Shown: one piece after another, positions 1-9,799 of the stretch
Numbering within the stretch: the stretch's first letter is position 1
How the letters are laid out: every line of letters begins with the position of its first letter
DNA from: Macrostomum lignano
Taxonomy: Eukaryota
DNA length: 64,000 nt
Assembly (NCBI GenBank): GCA_002269645.1
Contig: NIVC01000409.1
Coordinates: forward strand, 124,001-188,000
Direction: 5' to 3'
Program-made: the position numbers and the translations under genes
The notes under the pieces: generated by a model
Told to the model about the DNA's origin: nothing
What the model saw: the letters and a program-made list of their open reading frames with translations, nothing else
Databases searched by the model: none

Positions 1-1
1 C

Positions 2-1450
2 TGTTACGAAAGCACCACCACCCTGGACTCGTTCTGGTGCGCCGCCTCAAGAGACAGCAAACTGCCACCGAGCTCAGGTATGACCTACGGCGGAGCCTAC
101 TCGCCAAGATTTAGCAATCCGGCCACCGATGCCAAAACTTGTGGCGACGGCTACAGGCCCTACGCTGTTGCGCGCGACATCCGCGTCTGCCTGAGCGCCG
201 ACATGCACCCGGAATCGCTTGGCTCCCGTCTGCCTCTTGGCGGCTTGTTCACCTGCCAGGCTGGCAACCCGCTGGCCGAAGCTGGCCGGCACATTGTCAC
301 CGCCAACAGTCTGCTGAAAGCGGACGGCGCATTCAGCGCGGACAACTCTCCGAAACGGTGCCCGGATGGCTTCACCCAGTCGACGATTGATGTGATTGAC
401 GGTTGCGAGTTGATGCAGTGCGTGTTGAGCGGGTCGGATCGAGCTCGGAGGTCAGTGATCAAGAGGCCACCGTTCGAGACGGCTGACTTTAATTACGCTG
501 GACCGCCGGTGGATACGGTTGAGACTGACGGGCGTCGTTGGGGTTTTAATGGAAGCGTCTGGGTGAGCTGTTCGGTTGTTGAAACTTGATATTTCAGGTA
601 TTTAAATTCGCCAATCTCAAAAGTTTACAGCTTCAGAAACATTTAGCTACAGTACTTTAACTCACGCAACCCTTTAAGTAGGTAAACCTCAGGTCGCAGG
701 CTCTTAGGTCAGTCATTCCCGGTCCTAAGCTACCTGTCCTAGTTCTTGGGTAATACTAGGTAGCACACCTCAAGGTAGCTATCCCCCCAGTCCTCAGTTA
801 TTTTAGCTAACCACCAATATTAATGTACATTTAACTACCACCAGTTCTTAGATAGCTACCTTTAGTCCTCAGGTAGCTATTGCCTCAGAAAAGCTTACCT
901 TAAATCAAGAGGTGGCTACTTCCAGTCCTCAGGTAGATACTCTCTTCCTAAAGTAGCTCGTAAGTACCAGTATTCAAATTAAACGACTAGATTGTCCTAA
1001 AGTCAATATACCCGGACCTGGCCCGGATCCTTAACTGGGCAGCATCTTACAAGCCAAGTCACTAAGGTGTACGGCAATCAACCACTGCAGTTTTACGAAG
1101 GCTACTACGGTTCCCCAATGTCTGCGAAATCAACGAAATTCAACAACGACGCCAACAATGGAGCCGCCTCGATCTTCACTGTCATAGCTGGGGTCGCGGC
1201 CGTCTGCCTTGCCGTTGTCCTGGTCGGCCTTCTCGCCTATAAGAAGCGCTCCGCCTGGCTGCCGCCACTTCGACGCCGTCTCGGGCGTCGCCGAGCTGGC
1301 CCGTATCAATGTCTGAATGACGACGCCAGCGACGCGCTGGTCAACGCCGGCAGCGGCTCCTACGGTACCGTGGCGCCCGACGATGCCGCAATGGAGACGC
1401 CGCCGATGCCCGAGCATCGGGCCAGCGAGACTGTCGTGAATGTTGCCTAA
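2..1450 (+). CDS. MPEG1: Perforin-2 / macrophage-expressed gene 1 (MACPF family), 3' part only: P2 domain, TM helix, cytosolic tail
   Basis: Frame open from base 2: SFWCAAS...GMTYGGAYS...NPATDAKTCGDGY...RVCLS...LPLGGLFTCQAGNPL...KRCPDGFTQ...DGCELMQCV...IKRPPF, matching the MPEG1 P2 domain (FWC..LFGGLFS..NP.T.AQSCP.GY..VC.S..PFGGFFSC..GNPL..KKCP.GFSQ..DGC.V.YCV..LPPF). Exon 2-562 (TGG|GTGAG). Last exon starts at 1043 or 1067 (both in frame) and ends at 1450, encoding TM IFTVIAGVAAVCLAVVLVGLLAY, a basic stop-transfer and a YQCL sorting-type motif. The MACPF domain lies upstream of the window. Confidence 0.9.
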
Positions 1451-2375
1451 GTCGCGGCATTGCAGATTTCAAAGGCTACAGAACTGACGGCGTATACTAA
1501 CGCAATATTTTTTCATTTAATTCAATTACTATAAATGCTCCCGGTTTTATATTGGTTATTCAGAATGCGTTTTAGAGAGAAGAGGAAAGTGGATAAGCAA
1601 CTCTGGTAAACCAGAGATACTTCAAGTACTATAACTCCAAGACACAAAGAGCCAATCCCCCATGGCACAGAGGGCACATGATGCCTGAGTGTAAATTGCA
1701 CCAGGGTGCCCGTAAGCTTCATGCAATTACATATTATTAGTAGTAGTAGAGAAAGAACGATCATTGATCTCCGCGTCAGTTCTAAAAACAGCCAACAATG
1801 GCAACTGACAGATATTGAGTTCAGTTAAAAGAAACTAATAGGTACCTGTTTCGGGAATTTGTTCTTTTTCCTTTAACTTTGCCTTTTTAAAATTTAAACG
1901 TTCTAAAATTATGAAGAATCAGGGCGTAAGATATAGATATAGTTAATCAGTACAGTTTCATAGAAATTCCCTGTATTGCTTCTCCTCGATCTCCACTTCT
2001 TTCTAAGGTGTCACATTGTACTGTATTGTTTCAAATGTCGTCAAGATATTTATTTAATACACTACTAGAAACATATAGGCAACAGTAGTTCGTAATGTAA
2101 ATGAAATCCGAATTGAGGCTGATTTCAACGCGTGTATTAAAAGTATAACAATGTCTACATAAGTATAAAACTATTTTTTTCTAAAATAATGCAATCGATG
2201 TCAATATGGTGTCATTTGTTGCCAGAAAAAACTTCCGTTTTGACACAAAAATTGAAACTGCAATCAGGTTATCCTACAAACAATAAAATGTAAACAAGCC
2301 AAATCATGGCGAAAAAATAGAAAGCTCGTACTCTCCTTTTGCCAATGTGCTGGTGCATATGGTTCTTTCATAGTA

Positions 2376-2610
2376 AACTCCCAAACCCATAGACACAACT
2401 TACCATTGTGTCTAACTCCAACCCATAGACACAATCTTCCATTGTCATCTTTAACTCCAACCCATAGACACAATTTTCCATTGTCATCTCTAACTCCAAC
2501 CCATAGACACAATCTTCCATTGCCTTCTCTAACCCAAATCCACAGACACAATCTACCATTGCCATCTCTAACCCAAATCCACAGACACAATCTACCATTG
2601 TCTTCTCTAG
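2376..2610. repeat. 39-bp tandem minisatellite (~6 units)
   Basis: Unit CTAACTCCAACCCATAGACACAATCTTCCATTGTCATCT; the last unit ends TCTTCTCTAG. Confidence 0.9.
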
Positions 2611-2644
2611 GCGGTGACTCAAGCAACTGCGCCAACCAGAAGCT
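2611..2644 (+). pseudogene. Short fragment of the PAN/apple lectin exon (GDSSNCANQKL)
   Basis: GCGGTGACTCAAGCAACTGCGCCAACCAGAAGCT resembles GCGATGACCCCGGCAGCTGCGCCAACCAGAAGCT of the gene at 4145; unrelated sequence follows immediately. Confidence 0.6.
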
Positions 2645-2885
2645 AGCAACCGCGAGCAACCCCGCGCAGCCACAAAGGTGACGGCCTAAATAGGCACGCG
2701 CACGCACAAACGCACCCACCACCCCACCAGACAGCCAGCACCCAAACAGCCCCCCTTGCACTAAAGACGGTTAGCCCTCGCGGGCTCGCGCAAACCGATG
2801 CAGTACGAGCGTCTATTTTTCGTAGTTAGTAGTAACAAAAATTATGAACTTCACATCATATTCATAGTTCTTAGTACACTTTACA

Positions 2886-3331
2886 GGTCGCCATCATAAA
2901 CCCGAAAAATCACAACTCCGAAGGCACTTCCCATCATAAACCCGAAATATCACAAACAAGAAATATCATAACTCCGAAAACCCAAATGGTGTTGGACATT
3001 GACAAGCATTTCGCTACCCATTAACACGCACGCGGGATGCGTGCTATTGTCCATAAACAAAAACATTAGTTTAACGAGTTTATTAGATGACCCAAATATT
3101 AATTATTAAATGATTAATTTTTAATTTATAATTAAAATATGGATACCGGCTATGTGGAAACACTAGTAAATGCACTTTTCTGCATTTCTGCACGACTGCA
3201 GAAAAATATATACCATTGCTAGAACTTTCGAAGTTATGATTTATCGGGTTTGTGATGGGCAATGCTATTTTTGTTTTTCGGAGATATGATATTTCGGGTT
3301 TGTGATTTTTCGGGTTTGTGATGCCCCCCCC
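2886..3331. mobile_element. Mutator-like MITE
   Basis: 9-bp direct repeat CACTTTACA at 2877-2885 and 3332-3340. Inverted repeats CATCATAAACCCGAAAAATCACAA (2892) / TTGTGATTTTTCGGGTTTGTGATG (3300-3323), 23/24 match. G...C termini. Confidence 0.8.
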
Positions 3332-4144
3332 CACTTTACAATGCTAAAATGGTATTTTAGATTCGATTTAGAAAAATCCTAGATATGCCCAAATGCACCT
3401 ATTACGTGTACTATAACTAAAGTGGCGCGCTACTTCGTTTGAGTTGGCGCCACTTTATTAAATTATAGGCCCAGTTTCAGAGATGCCAGCATCACGGATG
3501 CCATATGTGCTGCAATGAGAACGCCATCAGCTTCTGACAATCAAATGGGGATGGGGGCCTGCGGCCCGCTGCATTCCCCCGGCCGCTCCTGACAGCTGCC
3601 GCAGTCGCCAAGGTAAGAGGAGTAGCCAGCAACCCCAGAGCCTACAGCAAATAACCAAGCCGGCTTCAACGCTTCCAATTAAAATGCGGGACAGTGGACT
3701 ATACTCGTAATATAATATGAAGAGTCAATTTTCAAGCCCTAATTCTGGCCTGGCTCTTTGGGAGCAGCTCAAACTTCTGCAATTGTCTCGAGGGCTGCTC
3801 CATTGAGGGATTGTGAACCGCCTATGGGGAACAGGATCGCAACTTGCACAGCCCCTGCTGCTCATCATGATGCGGCCATGCGCCGCAGCTCACAGCAGTA
3901 TCCCCATCTCCCACTGCCCACGCAAACTGCATGACAACGAGAATTATCCAACTAAGCCACAAATCCCGTAAATTAAGTGCAGCTGCACATTGCAAAATGT
4001 TGCATTATCTGGGGGAGGCATATTGGGCATGGCGTATCCACTCAAATTTATTATAAACGGCTAAAGCAGCAGGCTAAGCCTATGAATTATTTAAATCTGC
4101 AAGGCTAAGCAAAAGCTTGATGGCGTTAAGTTCCAACCGAACAA

Positions 4145-5005
4145 ATGCAGCGTCTCCTTCAACTGGCAATCGCTCTGTTTGCGACGGTCTGCTCGACAGT
4201 CGCAGGCGATGACCCCGGCAGCTGCGCCAACCAGAAGCTGTTCTCTTTAGCCCAGCCCCACAGCCTGACGGTGCCGCAGTCCTTCGAGTCCGTGCAGGCA
4301 GTTGGCAGCGAGCTGCAGTGCTCTCTGCAGTGCAGAGCCCAGTCCGGTGTCTGCTTCGGCTTCTACTGGAAAGAGGCGAGTCTGTCGTGCCAGCTGTTCA
4401 GCATCGCTGCGTTCTTCAGCAAGTCGCTGTGGCAGCCGAGCGCCAGGTCGGTCGACGTCTTCACAAAGCCTTACTGTGAGTTTTACAGTAATTGAATTCA
4501 ATAGCATAAGTTATTTGAAGGGGACGTATTTTGCTTATTATAATTACTGAGATTCAAATGTTTTCCTTTCGCTTTGGTTGCTGCAGTACCGACAGAAGCC
4601 GTTTTGACTGTTCGAAACTGCAGTCAGATATCTACTTATTTGAGCGCAGGCTGTGGTCGAGCAATCGATGGTAACACGAATCAAAAATTTTTCGGAGGCT
4701 CCTGCACCCACACCAACGGAGGCGACTTCCAGTGGTGGCAGGCCGACCTCGCTCAGCAGTCCCGCATCACGGCAGTCCGCATCTTCAACAGGCAGGACTG
4801 CTGCGCTGAGAGGCTCAGCAACTTCACCCTGCTGGTTGACGATGTCGAGTGCGCCAGGGTGGACGCGGATCCGAGCTTCTCCATCAAGACGGTCAGCTGC
4901 CTTGGTTACGGCAGTCGGGTTCGCCTCGTCAGTCGCTTGCGTGATTGCACGTTCAGCCTGTGCGAAGTTGAGGTGCTCGGCTTCACCGTCTTTTCGCTGC
5001 CTTAG
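4145..5005 (+). CDS. Secreted PAN/apple + F-type lectin (fucolectin) protein, copy A, ~249 aa
   Basis: Exons 4145-4475 (T|GTGAG) and 4587-5005 (CTGCAG|), phase 1. Signal peptide MQRLLQLAIALFATVCSTVAG; PAN pattern C..LQCSLQC...CFGFYW....CQL; F-type domain AIDGN plus exact fucose motif H-X26-R-X-D-X4-R (HTNGG...NRQDCCAER) and SLCEVEV. Confidence 0.88.
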
Positions 5006-5840
5006 AAGACCGACTTAAGGAGCTTTTCTTGTGTCGAAATACGCAATAGCTTAAGCCGGATGAGATTCAGAAACTAACGTGACATTGGTTAAGCATCTGA
5101 ATATACTAAAAAACAGTGGTTTGAATTAATTTTTATCTTTGAAAATGACTAGAAGTCGTTGGCTTCAAGCCCTGTTTTGTCTAACAAATGTCCTGATAAT
5201 TTCCTGCCCTTCTAATCTGAAGTCAATGGTTATGACTTTATATCGTATTGCAAGTAAAACTTAATGTTGTACGTATTTAAAATTGCAATAAACTTAGTTG
5301 TTAATGTTGTTTTTTTCCCGCGTCTTCTTGCTAATGCATCCAACGGAGTTTTCTTGTTGTCGAGTGCGTGGCGTCAACTGGTTGTGCTTGTTCAAAGATG
5401 ATAACCAGTGAAGCGTGTTTGCATTCGAAGCGATACACAAACCATCGCATATGCGTGACCTTTTCGGCAGTGGTCACAGCATTGACTAGGTTATGGTCGT
5501 TACTGGACAGCAAAGAGAAGCCACTATCGATCGCGAGACATAAAAGTATGAGCTAGAAGGTCGCGACTGCTGTCAGCACCAGTTTTCACCGAGACATGTC
5601 AGATGACGTAAGCCTGGAATTTGTAAATTACCTTAAACTGTACAGTTCTTTGAGTACACCATCGAACAGCTCGAAGGGTGCTTTGTTGAGTACTCCATCA
5701 ACCAGTAGCACTGTGGCCTGTGCAGCAAAACTTGGATACAGGTACAGCTGTCCGTCAGCCGATGCTTGCCAACTGTAGCTTTGATCTTTGCACTTTTAGT
5801 TTACAATAATTTAGGCCTCAATAACAGATTCACTGACATT

Positions 5841-6198
5841 TCAGATCTCTACTTACGCGAGCGCAGTCTGCGGTCTAGCAGTCGATGGTAACACTGATCA
5901 GAATTTTCACGGAGGCTCCTGCACCCACACCAGCGGAGGCGACTTCCAGTGGTGGCAGGCTGACCTCGCTTAGCAGTTCCGCATCTTCAACAGGAATGAC
6001 TGCTGCGATCAGAGGCTTAACAACTTAACCCTGCTGATTGATGATGTAGAGTGCGCCAGGATTGACGCGGATCTGAGCTTCTCCATCAGGAAGGTCAGCT
6101 GCATCAGCTACGGAACTTGAGTTCGCCCCGACAATCAGCTAAACACTTACCTCAACTTGTGTCAAGTTGAAGTGCTCGACTTTCCTGCGCTGCCTTAA
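5841..6198 (+). pseudogene. Disabled duplicate F-type lectin exon
   Basis: Clear nucleotide homologue of 4620-5005 but with in-frame TAG at 5971, a 15-nt deletion (ITAVR lost), TGA at 6118 and no intact 5' end. Confidence 0.85.
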
Positions 6199-6333
6199 AT
6201 TGACTTTAAGAACTTTGTCAATGATATTTGGATAAATTACGATTTCAGTAATCTCTCATTCTCAAACTTTGTAAAAATATAAAAATTACCTGTCAGAAAA
6301 TATAGTACCGTAGCTGTGACACAAGATGTTACA

Positions 6334-6925
6334 ATAACATCCTGAGTGGCACAGTAACATCCTGAGTGGCACAGTGACATCCTGAGTGGCACAGTGACAT
6401 CCTGAGTGGCACAGTGACATCATGAGTGGCACAGTGACATCCTGAGTGGCACAGTAACATCCTGAGCGGCACAGTGACATCCTGAGTGACAAAGTGACAT
6501 CCTGAGCGACACAGTGATACTTCTTCTCTGTCGCAGTGAGTGTACCTGCTACAGCAGCTGTGACACAGTGACATCCTGAGCGGCACAGTGACATTCTGAG
6601 TGGCACAGTGACATCCTGAGCGGCACAGTGACATCCTGAGTTGCACAGTGACATCCTGAGTGGCACAGTGACATTCTGAGTGGCACAGTGACATCCTGAG
6701 TGGCACAGTGACATCCTGAGCGGCACAGTGACATCCTGAATAACACAGTGACATCCTGAGCGGCACAGTGACATCCTGAATAACACAGTGACATCCCGAG
6801 CGGCACAGTGACATCGTGAATAACACAGTGACATCCTGAGTGGCACAGTGACATCCTGAGTGACACAGTGATACTTCTTCTCTGTCACAGTGAGTGTACC
6901 TGCTTACAGCAGCTGTGACACAGTT
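6334..6925. repeat. 20-bp tandem minisatellite with a duplicated ~60-bp interruption
   Basis: Unit ACATCCTGAGTGGCACAGTG. Spacer GATACTTCTTCTCTGTC..AGTGAGTGTACCTGCT..CAGCAGCTGTGACACAGT occurs at ~6515 and ~6870. Confidence 0.95.
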
Positions 6926-7028
6926 TCCTTTGTTTGTTGCAGTTGCACCAATGCTTTTGTTTCACCAGAGCTTAATACATAAATATTTGCGAATGGAAAT
7001 GAAAAAGTCAACTACATAGCGTAAAAAT

Positions 7029-7855
7029 ATGACAGTTTTTATATGTTTAAAACAACAGAAATAAATCAAGGAAAATCAAGGCCTGTTCGACCAAGGTGTT
7101 TCCCAGCGTGCCATAGCCAGGCAGCTGGGAAAAGTCGATAACGTCCGTCCAGCAAGCACTCAGGCGCCTCAGCAGCACTGGCAGCACAGGCTGTGCCCCA
7201 AGACCTGGCAGGGCACCGAAAACTGACCACCGACTGGATCGACAAATTGTGCAAATGTCCGAGTCCAACCGTCGGCTCACCGTTGTGGACATCAGCCGTG
7301 AACTTCTGGTGTCCAGTGGTGTCCTGCTGCACCCCATGACTGTCCACCGCAGTCTGGTAGCTGCCGGACTGCATGGCCGCATTGCTAGGAAGAAGCCATT
7401 TATCTCCGACATAAACCAGAAGCGGCGCTTGAACTGGGCAAAGCAACATGCAAGCTGGACACCCCCAGGACTGGGCCAAGGTTATCTGGAGTGACGAGAT
7501 GTCATGGTGTGGGCTGCATTCTCCAGAGCTGGGCCTGGGCCAATTACTCTCATTGAAGGCATCATGGACAGTCAGAAGTACCGTGACATCCTCAGCAGCC
7601 ACCTACCAGAGGCAGCAGATGCGCTGCCACTGTGTACAGTTGACAGCTTGCAGTTTCAGCAGGACAACGATCTGAAGCACACCTCCAAGGTTGTAGGTTG
7701 TGATGGCATGGCTCGCTGTGAACAATATCCGAGCCATGGACTGCATTGCCAGCGCAGTCACCAGACCTCAATCCAATTGAAAATCTGTGGAACTGGCCGG
7801 TCGAGCCGGACATTCAGAGGCAGCAGCCAGCTTCCCTTGATCAGCTGTACCGTAT
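7029..7855 (+). mobile_element. Degenerate Tc1-family (DD34E) transposase, frameshifted, 3' end cut by an LTR insertion
   Basis: Across frames: GVSQRAIARQLG; DRQIV...RRLT..DI...V....TVHRSL...GLHGRIARKKPFIS..NQKRRLNWAKQH; WAKVIWSDE; MVWAAFS..GPGP....EG.MDSQKY..IL; FQQDNDLKHTS; AQSPDLNPIENLW. Confidence 0.92.
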
Positions 7856-8301
7856 TGTTGTGCAATCGTGTTTTTTTCGCCCTCCTGCCCCTCCCCAACC
7901 CTTCCAGTCTGCCCCACCCCTCCAATCAATAATCAATGCGTACGCCTGCCACGCCACCTCGCACCACCTCCCCCTACCGTACCGTACGTTTGTTCTAAAA
8001 GTATTCATGTACGCGTAGGTCAGATAATAAATATAATGAATTTGCTGTCTAGTGGGCAGCCGCGCCCTTGCGTTCTCTTGGTCCTATCGTTGGCTACTTC
8101 AAAACAAACTTACTTGTCTACCAAAGCACTAGCAAGAGCGAATTGTATCGGCTTTTGCGCGGAAGCTCGTGAGTTCTGCTCTGTCGTTTTCCTGCTTCTC
8201 TCTGGGACACTGGATGGGAGCTCTGACTGGGGACCTGGGGGTCGCAGCTTCGCAACAGGGTTCAGCTGTAGGCGTCGCTCTCGAGGACGGGGCTCACAAC
8301 A
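7856..8301 (+). mobile_element. 5' LTR (446 bp) of a Ty3/gypsy-like retrotransposon
   Basis: Starts TGTTGTG (7856) and ends CACAACA (8301), a perfect 7-bp inverted terminus, directly followed by a PBS and gag. Confidence 0.85.
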
Positions 8302-8303
8302 AC

Positions 8304-8321
8304 TGGTGCCGTGACCAGGAT
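8304..8321 (+). promoter_or_regulatory. Primer-binding site, tRNA-His type
   Basis: TGGTGCCGTGACCAGGAT, 2 nt after the LTR end, complementary to a tRNA-His 3' end (..ATCCTGGTCACGGCACCA). Confidence 0.8.
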
Positions 8322-8438
8322 TCCAGTTAGGGTTTCTGTTAGATTTCTGTCTGTGTTGTCTGGGGTAGTGCATTAGTGAATTAGTGATTTAGTGCGTTAG
8401 AATTAGTTTTGCGTTAGAATTAGTTTGTGCAAGCGGTC

Positions 8439-9083
8439 ATGGCCAATTTAGACGATCTTATCGGTGCTTTGACAGCGAGAATCCAGGAGCAGTTAATCGT
8501 GGGTCAGCGCGTTCCACGTCCAAATAAGTATGTGCCGACTCAAGATTTTGCTTTGTGGTTGCAACAGTTTACCACGTACTGCGAGGCTGCTCAGATCCCC
8601 GAGGATCAGCGGAAGCAGAACTTGCTGAGTCTGTTGGATTTTGGCACGGCTTTTAAAGCAGTGGCCAATCTCGAGCTGGATGATGACTTGGACTACGCAG
8701 AGTTTGTGGAGCAGCTGGAGGCTCGCTTCAGTCAGAATCGCACACCCCAGGACTACAAGACAGAATTTCAAAACAGGAGTCAGAGAGAGGGGGAAGCACT
8801 AGAGGACTACGCTGACGCTCTCAGGGAGCTCATGCGTAAGGCATTTCCGGCTCTGCCAGTGGAGCAAAGGGATGAGCTAGCAAAAGACCGATTCTTAAAG
8901 GGGATTCGAGTTCCGGACAGGGTGCTTGAGAATGTCTTGCTGCAGGACCCTGACACGCTGAAGGCCGCAATCCAGCGAGTGCGCCAGACTCTCGCATCGA
9001 TGAAGCTGCTGGAGGGAAAGCTCGTATATCGGTACGTCCGGAACACGGTACATCCACCAGACCGTTACGAGCACGGTGACTGA
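8439..9083 (+). mobile_element. gag: Ty3/gypsy gag, truncated (no pol, no 3' LTR seen)
   Basis: P.KY...QDFALWLQQFTTYCEAAQIPE..RKQNLLSLL; FQNRSQREGEALEDYADALRELMRKAFP; ELAKDRFLKGI. Similarity is lost after ~9020. Confidence 0.85.
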
Positions 9084-9300
9084 GCAGTTTAATGCATGGC
9101 AATTAAGGACTCCGTTTTTAAGTACGTAGTACCGTAATTTGAATAACAACCGGAAAATAACAACTTCACATCTTCTTCATGGTGCCTAGTACACTACAAT
9201 GTTAAAAACGGCATTTTAGAATATTGATGTAGAAAAATCCCAGATGTGACGAAATCTACAAGAACGATGTACAAGTACTCTATCGTTCGAGTGGCGCGCT

Positions 9301-9580
9301 AGAACCAGAGCCTTTAGCACCAGGGGCTTTAGCACCAGGGGCTTTAGCACCAGGGGCTTTAGCACCAGGGGCTTTAGCACCAGGGGCTTTAGCACCAGGG
9401 GCTTTAGCACCAGGGGCGCCAGCACCAGGGGCGCCAGCACCAGGGGCGCCAGCACCAGGGGCGCCAGCACCAGGGGCGCCAGCACCAGGGGCGCCAGCAC
9501 CAGGGGCGCCAGCACCAGGGGCGCCAGCACCAGGGGCGCCAGCACCAGGGGCGCCAGCACCAGGGGCGCCAGCACCAGGG
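9301..9580. repeat. 15-bp tandem repeat in two homogenised sub-blocks
   Basis: AGCACCAGGGGCTTT units followed by AGCACCAGGGGCGCC units. Confidence 0.95.
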
Positions 9581-9799
9581 ATGCCAAAATTGCTGCAATA
9601 AGAATGCCATTTGCTTCTGACAATCAAATTGGAGAGGGATGGCTGCGGCCTATGATCATGGTAATGGCAGGAGAGGCGCGCTGTGCATGTTGCGACCCTA
9701 CTTTCCTATAGGCAGCTCAACGGAGTAGCACTCAGGAGTGGTGCAGAAGTTTTAGCAGTTTTTAAAGCTAGAGGAGAATTTGAGTCTAAAAACTGACTC

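Noticed and set aside
6334-6925. Array in which every 20-bp unit contains CACAGTG (RAG RSS heptamer), next to lectin genes; also superficially CRISPR-like
   Set aside because: No nonamer at 12/23-bp spacing, no RAG/Transib ORF and no unique spacers; an ordinary minisatellite.
9280-9627. (GAPGA)n ORF resembling collagen, silk or elastin
   Set aside because: 15-bp tandem repeat; no signal peptide, splice context or Gly-X-Y periodicity.
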